From IMG/VR virus record IMGVR_UViG_3300023109_000009: a stretch of 64,000 bases of DNA. The stretch is one strand, 5' to 3'. Made by a program: the position numbers and the translations under genes. This document shows, one piece after another, positions 26,557 to 36,666 of this stretch. The notes beneath the pieces were generated by a model, which saw only the letters and a list, made by a program, of their open reading frames with translations, had not been told where the DNA came from and did not search any database. The DNA comes from an uncultured virus (IMG/VR IMGVR_UViG_3300023109_000009) (taxonomy: Duplodnaviria; Heunggongvirae; Uroviricota; Caudoviricetes). Numbering within the stretch: position 1 is the stretch's first letter; every line of letters starts with the position of its first letter.

Positions 26557-28089
26557 ATGGCATCAAATTGCATAGACATTACTGATCAGTCAAGAATGGC
26601 ATCGATGTCCCTAGTTGGGGGCGTTGGTGTTGATGCAGATGGAGAATTCACTCTCAGTAAGGTGAAGCAATTCTCGCAGGAGTACGCGACTAATGTTTTA
26701 CGAGATGCAGAAAGAAATCCTCTCGCTAGACTTACTAATCTTTATGGCAATGCAATTTATGATTCGTCAGATTTTATCAATGGTGTTTTCTTAAGGACAG
26801 ATTATGTTGAATCTGCATTAGTTAACTACCCCGGTCTCAGTCGACGGTGGGACAAAGGTAATTTAAGTAATATCGAGGTCGCAGATTTTCTCGACCAATA
26901 TAATCTTACACCGAATGGACTCACTACCAAGGCCAATGTAAACTATAATGGTCTCTTAAGAGACTTAGACGCGTATTATCAGGCATCATTTTCTGATAGT
27001 ATTCTGGGTGGTTTTTGTAAATTGGTACCTCAGGTATTTGGTGCGATTGATGCATTCTTTGATACGTTGGTTGCAATTGACGATGCCATTACAAAGATAC
27101 TTTCAAAATTAAGAAATCTGGACGAGGCAATAAATCAACTTGCACAAAAGGCTACGATAGAATTTTTAATGGGTGAAATTAAAAAGCTCATTAAGGAATT
27201 GATTAAAAAAGTATTCGAAGAGGTAAGGGCATTAATCGAAAACTTTAATATTATGGATATTATCGGTGACATTCAAACCTTTATTCGCGAAGATATTGTT
27301 AAAAGCATTGTAGAGAAAAAAGAAAGAGCTTGTTTGCTTTTAAACGAAGATAAACAGAAAAATGTAGAGGACGAAGCTGAAGGTCTTATTGACTATATTG
27401 CTGGACTTTTTGAGAACCCTGCACTCGAAGAAATCGAATTTATGATTATGAGATTTTGTGCATACGCTACTAATATTGAGGCTCTCATTAAGGATGTTAA
27501 CCAACCACTTGCTGATTATTCCAATCGTTATAGGAAGGTCGTTGATCGACTCAAGGCTATCTCTAATCTGAATACATCTACAGCAGTGCGAAACGGTGGC
27601 ATTCGATTGTCGGATGAACGCAAGAAAGACATAATAAATAGTATGGAACAGAAGTGGGATTCGGCAGAGGGTACGAACAATCCACCACCTCCGACTGTCA
27701 AAGAATATTGGGGTTTACCCAATTGTAAGGCAGTAAAAAATGGGAGCGACACTAGGGTCAAAATATCCGGTGACTGGGTAGATCCTGAAGTGTTAGGTCT
27801 TGAAGGTTGGGTAAACGTAGATTTAGATGCAAAGGTCTATCTAATGCGTTTACAGAAAAAGGTTGGTGGACAAATGAATGTCCTAGCTGGGTGGAGAACT
27901 GAAGAATATAATAAAGAAATAGGTGAGTCTCCCGAATCGCCACACTTAACTGGGATTGCACTCGATGTAGAAATTGCGGGTGATCCTGACGAATGGGTTA
28001 AGGCTGCATATGAAAGTGGTTTTGGTTATGCAAAGGTACAGGGCAAGCACATACATTTAGATTTAACATCAAGACCGAGGCCAGAATAA
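26557..28089 (+). CDS. Helical protein with C-terminal peptidase M15 (D-Ala-D-Ala-type Zn peptidase) domain
   Basis: GWRTEEYNKEIG..ESPHLTGIALD...HIHLD (SxHxxGxAxD and HxH motifs). Confidence 0.82.
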   Translation: MASNCIDITDQSRMASMSLVGGVGVDADGEFTLSKVKQFSQEYATNVLRDAERNPLARLTNLYGNAIYDSSDFINGVFLRTDYVESALVNYPGLSRRWDKGNLSNIEVADFLDQYNLTPNGLTTKANVNYNGLLRDLDAYYQASFSDSILGGFCKLVPQVFGAIDAFFDTLVAIDDAITKILSKLRNLDEAINQLAQKATIEFLMGEIKKLIKELIKKVFEEVRALIENFNIMDIIGDIQTFIREDIVKSIVEKKERACLLLNEDKQKNVEDEAEGLIDYIAGLFENPALEEIEFMIMRFCAYATNIEALIKDVNQPLADYSNRYRKVVDRLKAISNLNTSTAVRNGGIRLSDERKKDIINSMEQKWDSAEGTNNPPPPTVKEYWGLPNCKAVKNGSDTRVKISGDWVDPEVLGLEGWVNVDLDAKVYLMRLQKKVGGQMNVLAGWRTEEYNKEIGESPESPHLTGIALDVEIAGDPDEWVKAAYESGFGYAKVQGKHIHLDLTSRPRPE

Positions 28090-28506
28090 ATGACAGTACA
28101 GGTATATACGCCGAGAACAAAAAAACCTGTTCTCTATTCTGATATTCGAAAAGATTTGGCACTCAGCCCAATCAGTTCGGACATTGCTGTATTGAAGGAT
28201 GAGGACTCGGTAAAAGAGGCAATCAAGAATTTAATCTTAACAGATCCGGGCGAACGTTTGATGCAACCTTACATTGGTGGTGGCATCAGAGCTTTACTTT
28301 TCGAAAACATCACCCCCGGTCTCATTAAGATAATCGAAGACAGGGTAACAACCTGTATTGAAACATACGAACCTAGATGTGAATTAATCGATGTGACAGT
28401 ATCGTCAAATATCGATGATAATACAATTGGCATATTAATAAGATTCTTTGTGCAGAGCCAACAACAGCCAATAACACTTAACGTTATTTTAGAAAGGATA
28501 AGATAA
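28090..28506 (+). CDS. gp25: Baseplate wedge/sheath initiator
   Basis: YSD, AIKNLILTDPGER..P..G, LLFE, YEPR. Confidence 0.93.
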   Translation: MTVQVYTPRTKKPVLYSDIRKDLALSPISSDIAVLKDEDSVKEAIKNLILTDPGERLMQPYIGGGIRALLFENITPGLIKIIEDRVTTCIETYEPRCELIDVTVSSNIDDNTIGILIRFFVQSQQQPITLNVILERIR

Positions 28507-28507
28507 G

Positions 28508-30388
28508 ATGGCAAATCCTAAGACACCAATCACAGAACTCGACTTTGATGGTGCCAAAGCGCAACTCAAACAATATCTGAGAACGCAGACTCAATTTAAG
28601 GACTACGATTTCGAAGGTTCGAATATGAGTGTGCTTCTTGACGTCTTGGCATATAATACATTTCAGAATAATTTCTACACGAATATGGCCATCAACGAGA
28701 TGTTTCTTGATTCTGCTGTATTGAAAAATTCAATTGTATCTCATGCAAAAGAGCTCAATTATTTACCAAGATCACGAAAATCTGCCAAGGCTGTAGTCAA
28801 TGTCACCATCGTAGATACTGCTGAAACTGCACAGACGATTGAGATTCCAAGATTCACTGATTTCTCGTCAAATTATCTCGGTGAAAATTATAATTTTGTT
28901 ACAGATCAAACTTATGTCGCGAGACGAGTATCTGTAGATCCTGCTGCTGGTGTTGGTGAGGGTACATTCGTTGTTGAAAATGTAGAACTTTTCGAAGGGC
29001 AAACACTCACAAGTTTTCAGAGAGAAGGCTTTATTATTGATGCAGATGGAAAACTCAGAGTACAATTAACTAACGACAATACAGATATTGATTCGTTGGT
29101 TGTCTTTGTTGATGCCGAAGAAACAGAAGATAAGAATATTTTCATTCGAGCAAATTCAATATTCGGTATCAGACCAGACGATAAGGTTTTCTATGTAGAG
29201 GCTTATTTCGATAATTCATATGCAATTTATTTCGGTGGTAATCAATACGGCATACAGCCAGAACCATTCGAAGATGTAAGAGTTCAATATCGTATCACAT
29301 CTGGTGAAGAAGGTAATGGAGCATTTAGTTTTAGTACCGGTTTCAGAGATGGCGAGATTAATGTTGAAACTGTATCATCTGCACAAGGTGGGCTTGAAAG
29401 AGAATCACTTGACAGCATTCGATATTTTGCTCCAAAATCATTGCAGATTCAGGATAGAGCAGTAACGACAAAAGATTACGAGATTCTATTACAACAAAGA
29501 TTCCCCGAAATTACGGCAGTATCTGCATATGGTGGTGAAGACCTCGATCCACCTCAGTTTGGTCGAGTGGCAATATCAGTATTCCTACAAGATGATGCTC
29601 AACTTATCTCAACGACTCTTGCAAATACATTCATTGAATATTTAAATGAAAGAAGTCCTTTAAGTATCGAACCAGTCTTTGTACAGACACAATTTTTATA
29701 TGCTGATGTTCATGCAAAAATCAGTTACACTGGTAAATTATCTGAGAAAACACCACAAGAATTTGAGGTGATGGTGAGAAATGCCATTCAAACATATTCA
29801 AATAATAACCTAGAGCAATTTAATGCGACATTGAGAGCATCAAAACTTGCATCTAGTATTGATGTATTAGATACGGCAATCGAAAGTTGTCAACTTGATA
29901 TCAGACCAATAATTCAATATTCTCCGGTATTGAATGTTGCTTCAAATCCACGATTTAGATTTGAAACTAAATTAACAAAGCCATATCCCTTTAGATTAAC
30001 AAATGGATTTAATGATTATAAGCCCGCAATTAAGAGTAGTGTTTTTGATACTACGGGTGGTGTTTGTGTATTCATTCAGGATGATGGTGAAGGTAAATTG
30101 CAACTGGTAACTGATAATCTTACTAATCCACAGATCGTCAATCCAAGTGCTGGTACTGTTGATTATGAAACTGGAGATGTTCGACTTTCCAAACTTTTGG
30201 TGGAAGGCTACCCAGGTCAAGCAATTAAGATTATGGCCAAGACCGATACCGACGACATTAAATCACCGACCGGTCGTGTGTTTATCATTCGTGATTCTGA
30301 TGTAAGATTTAGTGCCACACGCGAGGATAATGATGCGTATGGCTCACTTGATGGCAATATCAGTAGAACTTCAACGACTACATACTAG
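28508..30388 (+). CDS. gp6: Baseplate wedge subunit
   Basis: ELDFD, FKDYDFEGSNMSVLLDVLAYNT, FLDSA, RAVTTKDY, GGED.DPPQFG, GTVDYETG. Confidence 0.96.
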   Translation: MANPKTPITELDFDGAKAQLKQYLRTQTQFKDYDFEGSNMSVLLDVLAYNTFQNNFYTNMAINEMFLDSAVLKNSIVSHAKELNYLPRSRKSAKAVVNVTIVDTAETAQTIEIPRFTDFSSNYLGENYNFVTDQTYVARRVSVDPAAGVGEGTFVVENVELFEGQTLTSFQREGFIIDADGKLRVQLTNDNTDIDSLVVFVDAEETEDKNIFIRANSIFGIRPDDKVFYVEAYFDNSYAIYFGGNQYGIQPEPFEDVRVQYRITSGEEGNGAFSFSTGFRDGEINVETVSSAQGGLERESLDSIRYFAPKSLQIQDRAVTTKDYEILLQQRFPEITAVSAYGGEDLDPPQFGRVAISVFLQDDAQLISTTLANTFIEYLNERSPLSIEPVFVQTQFLYADVHAKISYTGKLSEKTPQEFEVMVRNAIQTYSNNNLEQFNATLRASKLASSIDVLDTAIESCQLDIRPIIQYSPVLNVASNPRFRFETKLTKPYPFRLTNGFNDYKPAIKSSVFDTTGGVCVFIQDDGEGKLQLVTDNLTNPQIVNPSAGTVDYETGDVRLSKLLVEGYPGQAIKIMAKTDTDDIKSPTGRVFIIRDSDVRFSATREDNDAYGSLDGNISRTSTTTY

Positions 30389-30399
30389 GAACCTCTCTG

Positions 30400-33033
30400 A
30401 TGGCGGTTATAGAAAATAATATATCGTTCTTCATCCAGTCACACTTTCCTGCAATCTACAGGGAAAATGGTGAAGAGCTCGTTGAACTGGTCACAGAATA
30501 TTATAAGTGGATGGAGAATACTGATAACCAATCCATCTATAATGCAAGACGCATGTTCGAATACCGAGATATTGATAATACGCTCGAAAGCATGCTTATC
30601 TTTTTTCAAAAGAAATTTTTGGCTGATCTACCTCTTAAACAAGATACAGTTAGATTCATTACGAAAAACATTCTTGATTTATATCGTAGAAAGGGAACCC
30701 CTGCTGGTATTGAACTCTTCTTCGCATTATTCTATAATGAATTCGATGCAGAAATAACATATCCAGCTAGATTTATGTTCAAAGCTTCCAATTCAAACTG
30801 GAAGAATGGCATCTATTTACAGATGTTCCCCAATAAGAATAAATTTCTTTCTAAAACAGATAAAGAATATAGTTATAAAGATCTTCTCAGTAGAAACATA
30901 CTGGGGTCATCTTCCGGTGCTGTTGCAGCTGTCGATAAAATAAACTTTGTCATTCTGAATAATATTCTCACACCAATTATTTACATTGATGAGGTATTAG
31001 GCACATTTGTAAAGTATGATGATCTGATTACAGTAATCGATGGTGAAGAAATTTCATTTGGTCGTGTCGCTGGATCTCTCAGTGCCGTAGAAATTGATAC
31101 GCAGAATCAGCTCGCTACAACTGGTCACGAGATCGGTGAAGTCTATAATATATCAACCACTACCGGTAAAGGTGGTGAGGTCATGGTTACAGAGGTTTCA
31201 AATGAACTCTCTGGTGAAATTCGTTATAAAATCGAAGATGGTGGATTTGGCTATACGGTAGAAAATACCAGACTGATGGTTTCAAATCAATCTGTTTTAT
31301 TTAATCAGACTGAATACGATGCCAATAAAGACGATTTGACATTCACGGCATTTGAAAGAGTCAGAGATTTTGCTGGTAACGAAGGTATTGTAATAGGACA
31401 ACAAGATAACGTCTTAGGTCTTCAAATGAATGCCGGTGACGAATTCAGTGTCAACCGTGTGCTGAGAACAGTAGATAGACCGGTCAATGTAGTGATTAGC
31501 CCGAGTTGGGTAGGACTTATCACACCAAAGAATGATACGTCTCCGGGTGATCAGTTTGTTGATACAGGACTGGAAAGCGATGTCAAGGTATTAAGTCTTG
31601 ACAATGCAACCAACGTTAATATTATTACGGATCCCATTGCACCGCATCTGGCGACTGTCTTAAATATTGCTGATTATGAGGTAAACGCAGCATTCTCTGG
31701 TACGGCATCTCCGGTAAATCTTAATACTCCGTTAGATGAAGCGTTTGATATTTCAACACTGACCATTGGTTCCATTCGCGAATTTAAGAATCTTAACCCA
31801 GGCAGTCAATACACATTTGATTTATTTGCCAGAGCAAGGGATGATGTATTCTCAAGTCTACAACGCAGACCTCAGACAATTAGTTTTGCCGATCCTGCAG
31901 CTGCAGGTGTTTTTGATGTAGGTGAGATAGTCGAAGAATCCAATACTGGTAGAACTGGTATCATCACAAAGATCAATACTCAAAAAGGTTTTATTGGTAT
32001 TATTCCTTATGATTATTATGGGTTCTCTGCGGAAAATGAAATCATTAGAGCCAATGGTAACATACCAATATCTCAGGCTGGGGATGACCTGACAGAAGAG
32101 GTATTGGGTCTGAATGCAGACGTCGATGCAGAAACAGAATTCTCTGTTGGTAAGATTTCTCAGGTCGCAGTAATTGATTCCGGTTTTGGTTACAGTACTG
32201 GACAACTTGGTACTATCTTTGATGACGATAATGCTATTAAAGCGGTTGGTACTGTATTTGCAGAAACACAAGGAAGTACAAGTGGTTATTGGTCAGAATT
32301 TAGTTCCCACCTGAACGGATATCAGGATCTCCCAATCAATGCAGATACACCCATATTACCCACAGTCAAGCTTATAGGTCAACTGAATACATTAATTGCA
32401 AATACCAATCCAACCACACCACCTGAAGTTGGTCTATGGATGGAAACGATTCATTCGGATGGTTTTGCATATTTTGATTTCACACTCAATGGTGCAATCG
32501 ACGGTAACGACGTTGTTCAACTTCAGAAAATTTTTGATGGTGCTTCTGATGTAGATGTCGATGCGGTTGATCGATGGAATAATGTCGTTGCACCGAGTAT
32601 GAAACAGCAGATTTGGTTTAGAACATATCCAGAATATTATCAATATTTGCCGGAGCAAACATATTATACCTCCGCAATGAAAATACAAGATAGTGATTTC
32701 TATCAGGAATATTCGTATCAAATTAAATCAACTCTGGCAAAACAAGAATACGAAAAATTACTTAAAGAGAATGTCCACCTTGCAGGAACTAAAATGTTTG
32801 GTGATTTCATCTTTAAGGCAAGGGCTGGCTCTCCATCGAAAATGCGATTCAGACGGAACTTCAACACTCCCGGCCCAACCTATAATAATGCGGGACAGAT
32901 TGATGACGGTGCACCACCAGGATCATTACCAATATTAATAGATTCGCCAGATCTGTCCGCACTTACTGTTGATGTCCAAAATCTACGGGTGGACAGAGAT
33001 GATGTACTGGTCGATAACGACTCTACCGTTTAG
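30400..33033 (+). CDS. gp7: Baseplate wedge initiator
   Basis: EYYKWME, DID, LYRRKGT, KIQDSDFYQEYSY, VHLAGTKMFG. Confidence 0.85.
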   Translation: MAVIENNISFFIQSHFPAIYRENGEELVELVTEYYKWMENTDNQSIYNARRMFEYRDIDNTLESMLIFFQKKFLADLPLKQDTVRFITKNILDLYRRKGTPAGIELFFALFYNEFDAEITYPARFMFKASNSNWKNGIYLQMFPNKNKFLSKTDKEYSYKDLLSRNILGSSSGAVAAVDKINFVILNNILTPIIYIDEVLGTFVKYDDLITVIDGEEISFGRVAGSLSAVEIDTQNQLATTGHEIGEVYNISTTTGKGGEVMVTEVSNELSGEIRYKIEDGGFGYTVENTRLMVSNQSVLFNQTEYDANKDDLTFTAFERVRDFAGNEGIVIGQQDNVLGLQMNAGDEFSVNRVLRTVDRPVNVVISPSWVGLITPKNDTSPGDQFVDTGLESDVKVLSLDNATNVNIITDPIAPHLATVLNIADYEVNAAFSGTASPVNLNTPLDEAFDISTLTIGSIREFKNLNPGSQYTFDLFARARDDVFSSLQRRPQTISFADPAAAGVFDVGEIVEESNTGRTGIITKINTQKGFIGIIPYDYYGFSAENEIIRANGNIPISQAGDDLTEEVLGLNADVDAETEFSVGKISQVAVIDSGFGYSTGQLGTIFDDDNAIKAVGTVFAETQGSTSGYWSEFSSHLNGYQDLPINADTPILPTVKLIGQLNTLIANTNPTTPPEVGLWMETIHSDGFAYFDFTLNGAIDGNDVVQLQKIFDGASDVDVDAVDRWNNVVAPSMKQQIWFRTYPEYYQYLPEQTYYTSAMKIQDSDFYQEYSYQIKSTLAKQEYEKLLKENVHLAGTKMFGDFIFKARAGSPSKMRFRRNFNTPGPTYNNAGQIDDGAPPGSLPILIDSPDLSALTVDVQNLRVDRDDVLVDNDSTV

Positions 33034-33041
33034 AATAAATA
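33034..33041 (+). promoter_or_regulatory. Late promoter variant
   Basis: AATAAATA in the intergenic gap before an AGGAG RBS. Confidence 0.55.
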
Positions 33042-33070
33042 GTTAAAAAATCTTTTAGGAGAAGACATAC

Positions 33071-34300
33071 ATGTCAAAACAAACCGTAAATATTGGTACT
33101 TCTGCCAACGACGGGACAGGTGATCCTCTCCGTACGGCGTTTGATAAGACCAATGATAACTTTATCGAGCTATATAATGCGCTAGGCGGGGACGATGTAG
33201 TAAATCTCATTAATAATGATGAGGAAATCGAGCTCCTGGCCACTGCCAATAAAATCTCGTTCTTATATAATACAGAAACGCAGTTATTAGATACGAATGC
33301 TAGTTCACATCACGGGTGTATAGCACACGCACATGATACTGGTGCTTTGTATTATGCCCATGGTGGTGAGTGGAGAAAGGTACTTACAGATAACGCTAAT
33401 ACCTCGTCTCCAGTACCCAGTTATTCAGATTCACTCAATCGATTTGTATATGAAGAAACATTTTCTAATACAGAAACCGATGGTTACATTCTTCAGACAA
33501 ATGCAGATGGCACATATTCTTGGGCAGCGCCGGCTGATGTATCTGGTGCGATTGATTCAATCGATGAATTGACTGACACGAATATCACAAACCTTCAACC
33601 CGACCAAATTTTAAAATATAATGGTTCTAACTGGGTAAACGCAAACGAAGGTAGCGGTGTTGGTGGCGGTGGATCTTCTACGTTTACTGGTCTTACTGAT
33701 ACACCCGGAACATTAGGATCTGCTGGTCAATTCATCAAGGTAAATTCTGCAGGTAATGCACTTGAGTTTACTGCTGCTCCTTCTGGTGGTGGTTCAACTA
33801 CGCTCGATGGACTCACTGATGTGAATGCTGCTAGCCCTAGCAGTGGTCAGGTATTGAAATGGAGTGGATCGGCATGGGAACCTGCAGCCGACGCTACTGG
33901 TGGTGGCGGTGGTACCCTTAGTAGAACAACGGAGACTGTGGCGACAAGTCTCATTGGTAACCAAGCAAACGCAGACTTGAATTTTGATAATGTAGGCTCT
34001 TCGTTTATGTTAATGCAGGTTCAGGTAAACTATGCATCTTGGTTCAGAATATATGTCAATGATGCTGCTAGAACAGCAGACTCAAGTAGAACACAAGGTG
34101 ATGATATTGCTGATGGTGAAGGTCTTATTGCTGAATTCATTTCAAGTGGACCAGAAACATTTATTATTACACCAGCCATATTGGCATATACTAACCAAGG
34201 GACAAGTCCGAATGGAAGTCTTAGATGTGCAATAAAAAATGACAGTGGTGGTGCTCAAACATTGTCTGTTACCCTTACCGGAATTATTTTAGAGGCGTAA
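33071..34300 (+). CDS. gp9/gp10-type baseplate-anchored fibre protein
   Basis: N-terminal QTVNIGTSANDGTGDPLRTAFDKTNDNFIELY; LxDV...GQVLKW fibre repeats. Confidence 0.75.
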   Translation: MSKQTVNIGTSANDGTGDPLRTAFDKTNDNFIELYNALGGDDVVNLINNDEEIELLATANKISFLYNTETQLLDTNASSHHGCIAHAHDTGALYYAHGGEWRKVLTDNANTSSPVPSYSDSLNRFVYEETFSNTETDGYILQTNADGTYSWAAPADVSGAIDSIDELTDTNITNLQPDQILKYNGSNWVNANEGSGVGGGGSSTFTGLTDTPGTLGSAGQFIKVNSAGNALEFTAAPSGGGSTTLDGLTDVNAASPSSGQVLKWSGSAWEPAADATGGGGGTLSRTTETVATSLIGNQANADLNFDNVGSSFMLMQVQVNYASWFRIYVNDAARTADSSRTQGDDIADGEGLIAEFISSGPETFIITPAILAYTNQGTSPNGSLRCAIKNDSGGAQTLSVTLTGIILEA

Positions 34301-34304
34301 TTGT

Positions 34305-36626
34305 ATGTCAAAGATAGCTTATACAATCATTTTTGAATCGGGTGTCGACGAAAATTTATTTTTCGATGCAGGTGATGGCCGGGACATTGAGGTTGCAAGT
34401 AGGCTATCCGCGATACCCGGCATTGCCAGTGTAGAGATTACTGAAGAAGAAAAGACATTTCTTTTAGAAAGTGCTCAGGTTAAAGACCTTGAACAGGCAA
34501 AAATGCCGATGAAGTTTGCTTCCAACTATGATGGGCCTTGGCCCTCGACAGTTTTTAATACTGACATGATCGCAGGTGCTGATCTTGCATCGGCTCCGGT
34601 AAGCAGTGGTAGTTCATATGATTATCATCCTCTTGGTAAGGCTCTCATGGCATCGGTGAATATCACCTCATCCTCAGGTCCGGCTGGATTTTTTTCCTAT
34701 CAAGGTGAAGATAATAATGTCACAGCAAATTGGGAACAAGTACCCATCGGTCGGTATGTTGATATCGTAGCCATAGAGGCTGGTGTCCCTTCCAATAATT
34801 CATATAATAACCGAGATCAGTATTTTGATTTTGCCGAATATGATCCACGAACATGGAATATTACATTAACACCAAATGGTTCGTCAAGTTGGATTTTAAA
34901 TGGTACTCACCGAGGTGGTACGATTACAAACGGCAATAATACAACACTCACATTCTTTCCTGGTGATACAGTTAATTTTACAAACAATGCCACTAGTTCT
35001 CACCCACTAGAATTAGTAGATGGTGCCGGAAACCAATTACCTTTGGTGGTTAACCAAGGTGCTGCAGATGGTGAAGTGCTCACATATAAAATTTCCAAAT
35101 TTGAAAATGGGTCAAATATATTCTATTATAGATGTACGATACACACCGGCTCTATGGTCGGAAGTGTGACTATGAGTATTGGTTCGAATTCAAAGATTAT
35201 TAAAATGGACTGGAGTGATTGGGATTCTTCCGTCACTTCTGGGGGCAACAATCAAATATCAAACCCAAATTCAGGATACATAGATGATCACGCTGCTGGA
35301 GTAATGAGTGCTGCTGCTGGAAACATGGGTGGTTGGGCCAAAGGCTCAGAAATACGAGTAATATACATTGAGAATTATGGCACATTCGCTGCGTATAATG
35401 CAGTATTAGAATGGCACAAAAATAAACCTGTCAACCCAGAAACTGGTAAAAGAAACGCTACAATTACCACAGGTGCTTGGGGATTTGCAAGCGAATATTA
35501 CGATCTCGCGGTACCTATTGACAACATCACAACATTAACGTATTTCGATAATGGTGGCGCTTCTACTACAGTCAATAGACCTGGTAGTGGTTGGGGCAAT
35601 GATTATTCAGCATTTGAAGCTGCACACATGGCACCAAAACAATTCGAAGATCCATTTGACAGTACACGAAAATGGTGTATAATAGTACCAAATTCTGCAC
35701 CGGCAACTGCTCTTAAAACAACTCTACAAGCATATGACAACGTATCCGATAATGCAATTTATCACTTTCGATCAATTGGTAATGCTGGCAATGTTTTGGC
35801 CAAGGAAGATTCACAGCAGTGGAATAATGTATTCACTGCAAATGGTCGAATCATCAGTATTGTTACCTCGGGTAATAGTGTAATTGGTGGTATTAGTACC
35901 ACAGTGTCTAATGTGTCGTATTATCCACTTCGTTCTGGTGATAATGGAATCGAAGAAGAAATTTCGATAGGATCTTATCAAACAAGCCAGGCACGACCTC
36001 ACATTGATTTTTATAGTACAAGAGGTCCAATCGCAGATCTATTTGCTCCGGGCAACCATTGGTATGGTCCATATCAGTATTATGGTAATGCATCAAGCCT
36101 TTTCAGTGGCACTAGTATCGGTGGTGAAATAATGGGTTATTTCATTGGAACTAGTTGTGCAGCTCCGGTTGCTGCTGGGGCTGGGGCTCTCTTCGTTGAA
36201 GATTATTTCTCTAAGACGAGAAAATATCCCACGATAAGACAGCTGAGAGCAATGATGCAAAATTATGCGGCTGCAAGATTAGAAGACGTCAACCAGATTG
36301 ACTGGTCCAATGCGCCCAGTGCTACACAAACAATTGTAAGTCCGGCAGGTATATTGGCCTGGCCAGGACCAACAGAGACTTATGCAGACCCTGGTTCATC
36401 TTTCACACCGGTACATGCCACATACATCGGTTCTAACTTGAGTTATGGTGGTGCTATGATCATGCAGGATTTATTTGGATCAAAAGACCTTTGTACGTTT
36501 ATACCCAAAGCAATTATGCAGAGCAATGGAAAATTCATTAATTCTAATGGTACTGGAATAAGGCGACCAAAGCCAGGGAAGACCGGTATGATGTATCCTC
36601 GTCGCCGACTTTCAATACAGAAATAA
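34305..36626 (+). CDS. Subtilisin-like (S8) protease with cupredoxin-like insertion
   Basis: VDIVAIEAG, DHAAGVMSAAAG, SIGN, DLFAPG, GTSCAAPVAAG; insert HPLEL...YYRCTIHTGSM. Confidence 0.8.
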   Translation: MSKIAYTIIFESGVDENLFFDAGDGRDIEVASRLSAIPGIASVEITEEEKTFLLESAQVKDLEQAKMPMKFASNYDGPWPSTVFNTDMIAGADLASAPVSSGSSYDYHPLGKALMASVNITSSSGPAGFFSYQGEDNNVTANWEQVPIGRYVDIVAIEAGVPSNNSYNNRDQYFDFAEYDPRTWNITLTPNGSSSWILNGTHRGGTITNGNNTTLTFFPGDTVNFTNNATSSHPLELVDGAGNQLPLVVNQGAADGEVLTYKISKFENGSNIFYYRCTIHTGSMVGSVTMSIGSNSKIIKMDWSDWDSSVTSGGNNQISNPNSGYIDDHAAGVMSAAAGNMGGWAKGSEIRVIYIENYGTFAAYNAVLEWHKNKPVNPETGKRNATITTGAWGFASEYYDLAVPIDNITTLTYFDNGGASTTVNRPGSGWGNDYSAFEAAHMAPKQFEDPFDSTRKWCIIVPNSAPATALKTTLQAYDNVSDNAIYHFRSIGNAGNVLAKEDSQQWNNVFTANGRIISIVTSGNSVIGGISTTVSNVSYYPLRSGDNGIEEEISIGSYQTSQARPHIDFYSTRGPIADLFAPGNHWYGPYQYYGNASSLFSGTSIGGEIMGYFIGTSCAAPVAAGAGALFVEDYFSKTRKYPTIRQLRAMMQNYAAARLEDVNQIDWSNAPSATQTIVSPAGILAWPGPTETYADPGSSFTPVHATYIGSNLSYGGAMIMQDLFGSKDLCTFIPKAIMQSNGKFINSNGTGIRRPKPGKTGMMYPRRRLSIQK

Positions 36627-36628
36627 CA

Positions 36629-36636
36629 TATAAATA
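36629..36636 (+). promoter_or_regulatory. Late promoter
   Basis: Exact TATAAATA upstream of gp8. Confidence 0.8.
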
Positions 36637-36666
36637 ATCAATATCGCTTGGGATTGAGATAAAAAC

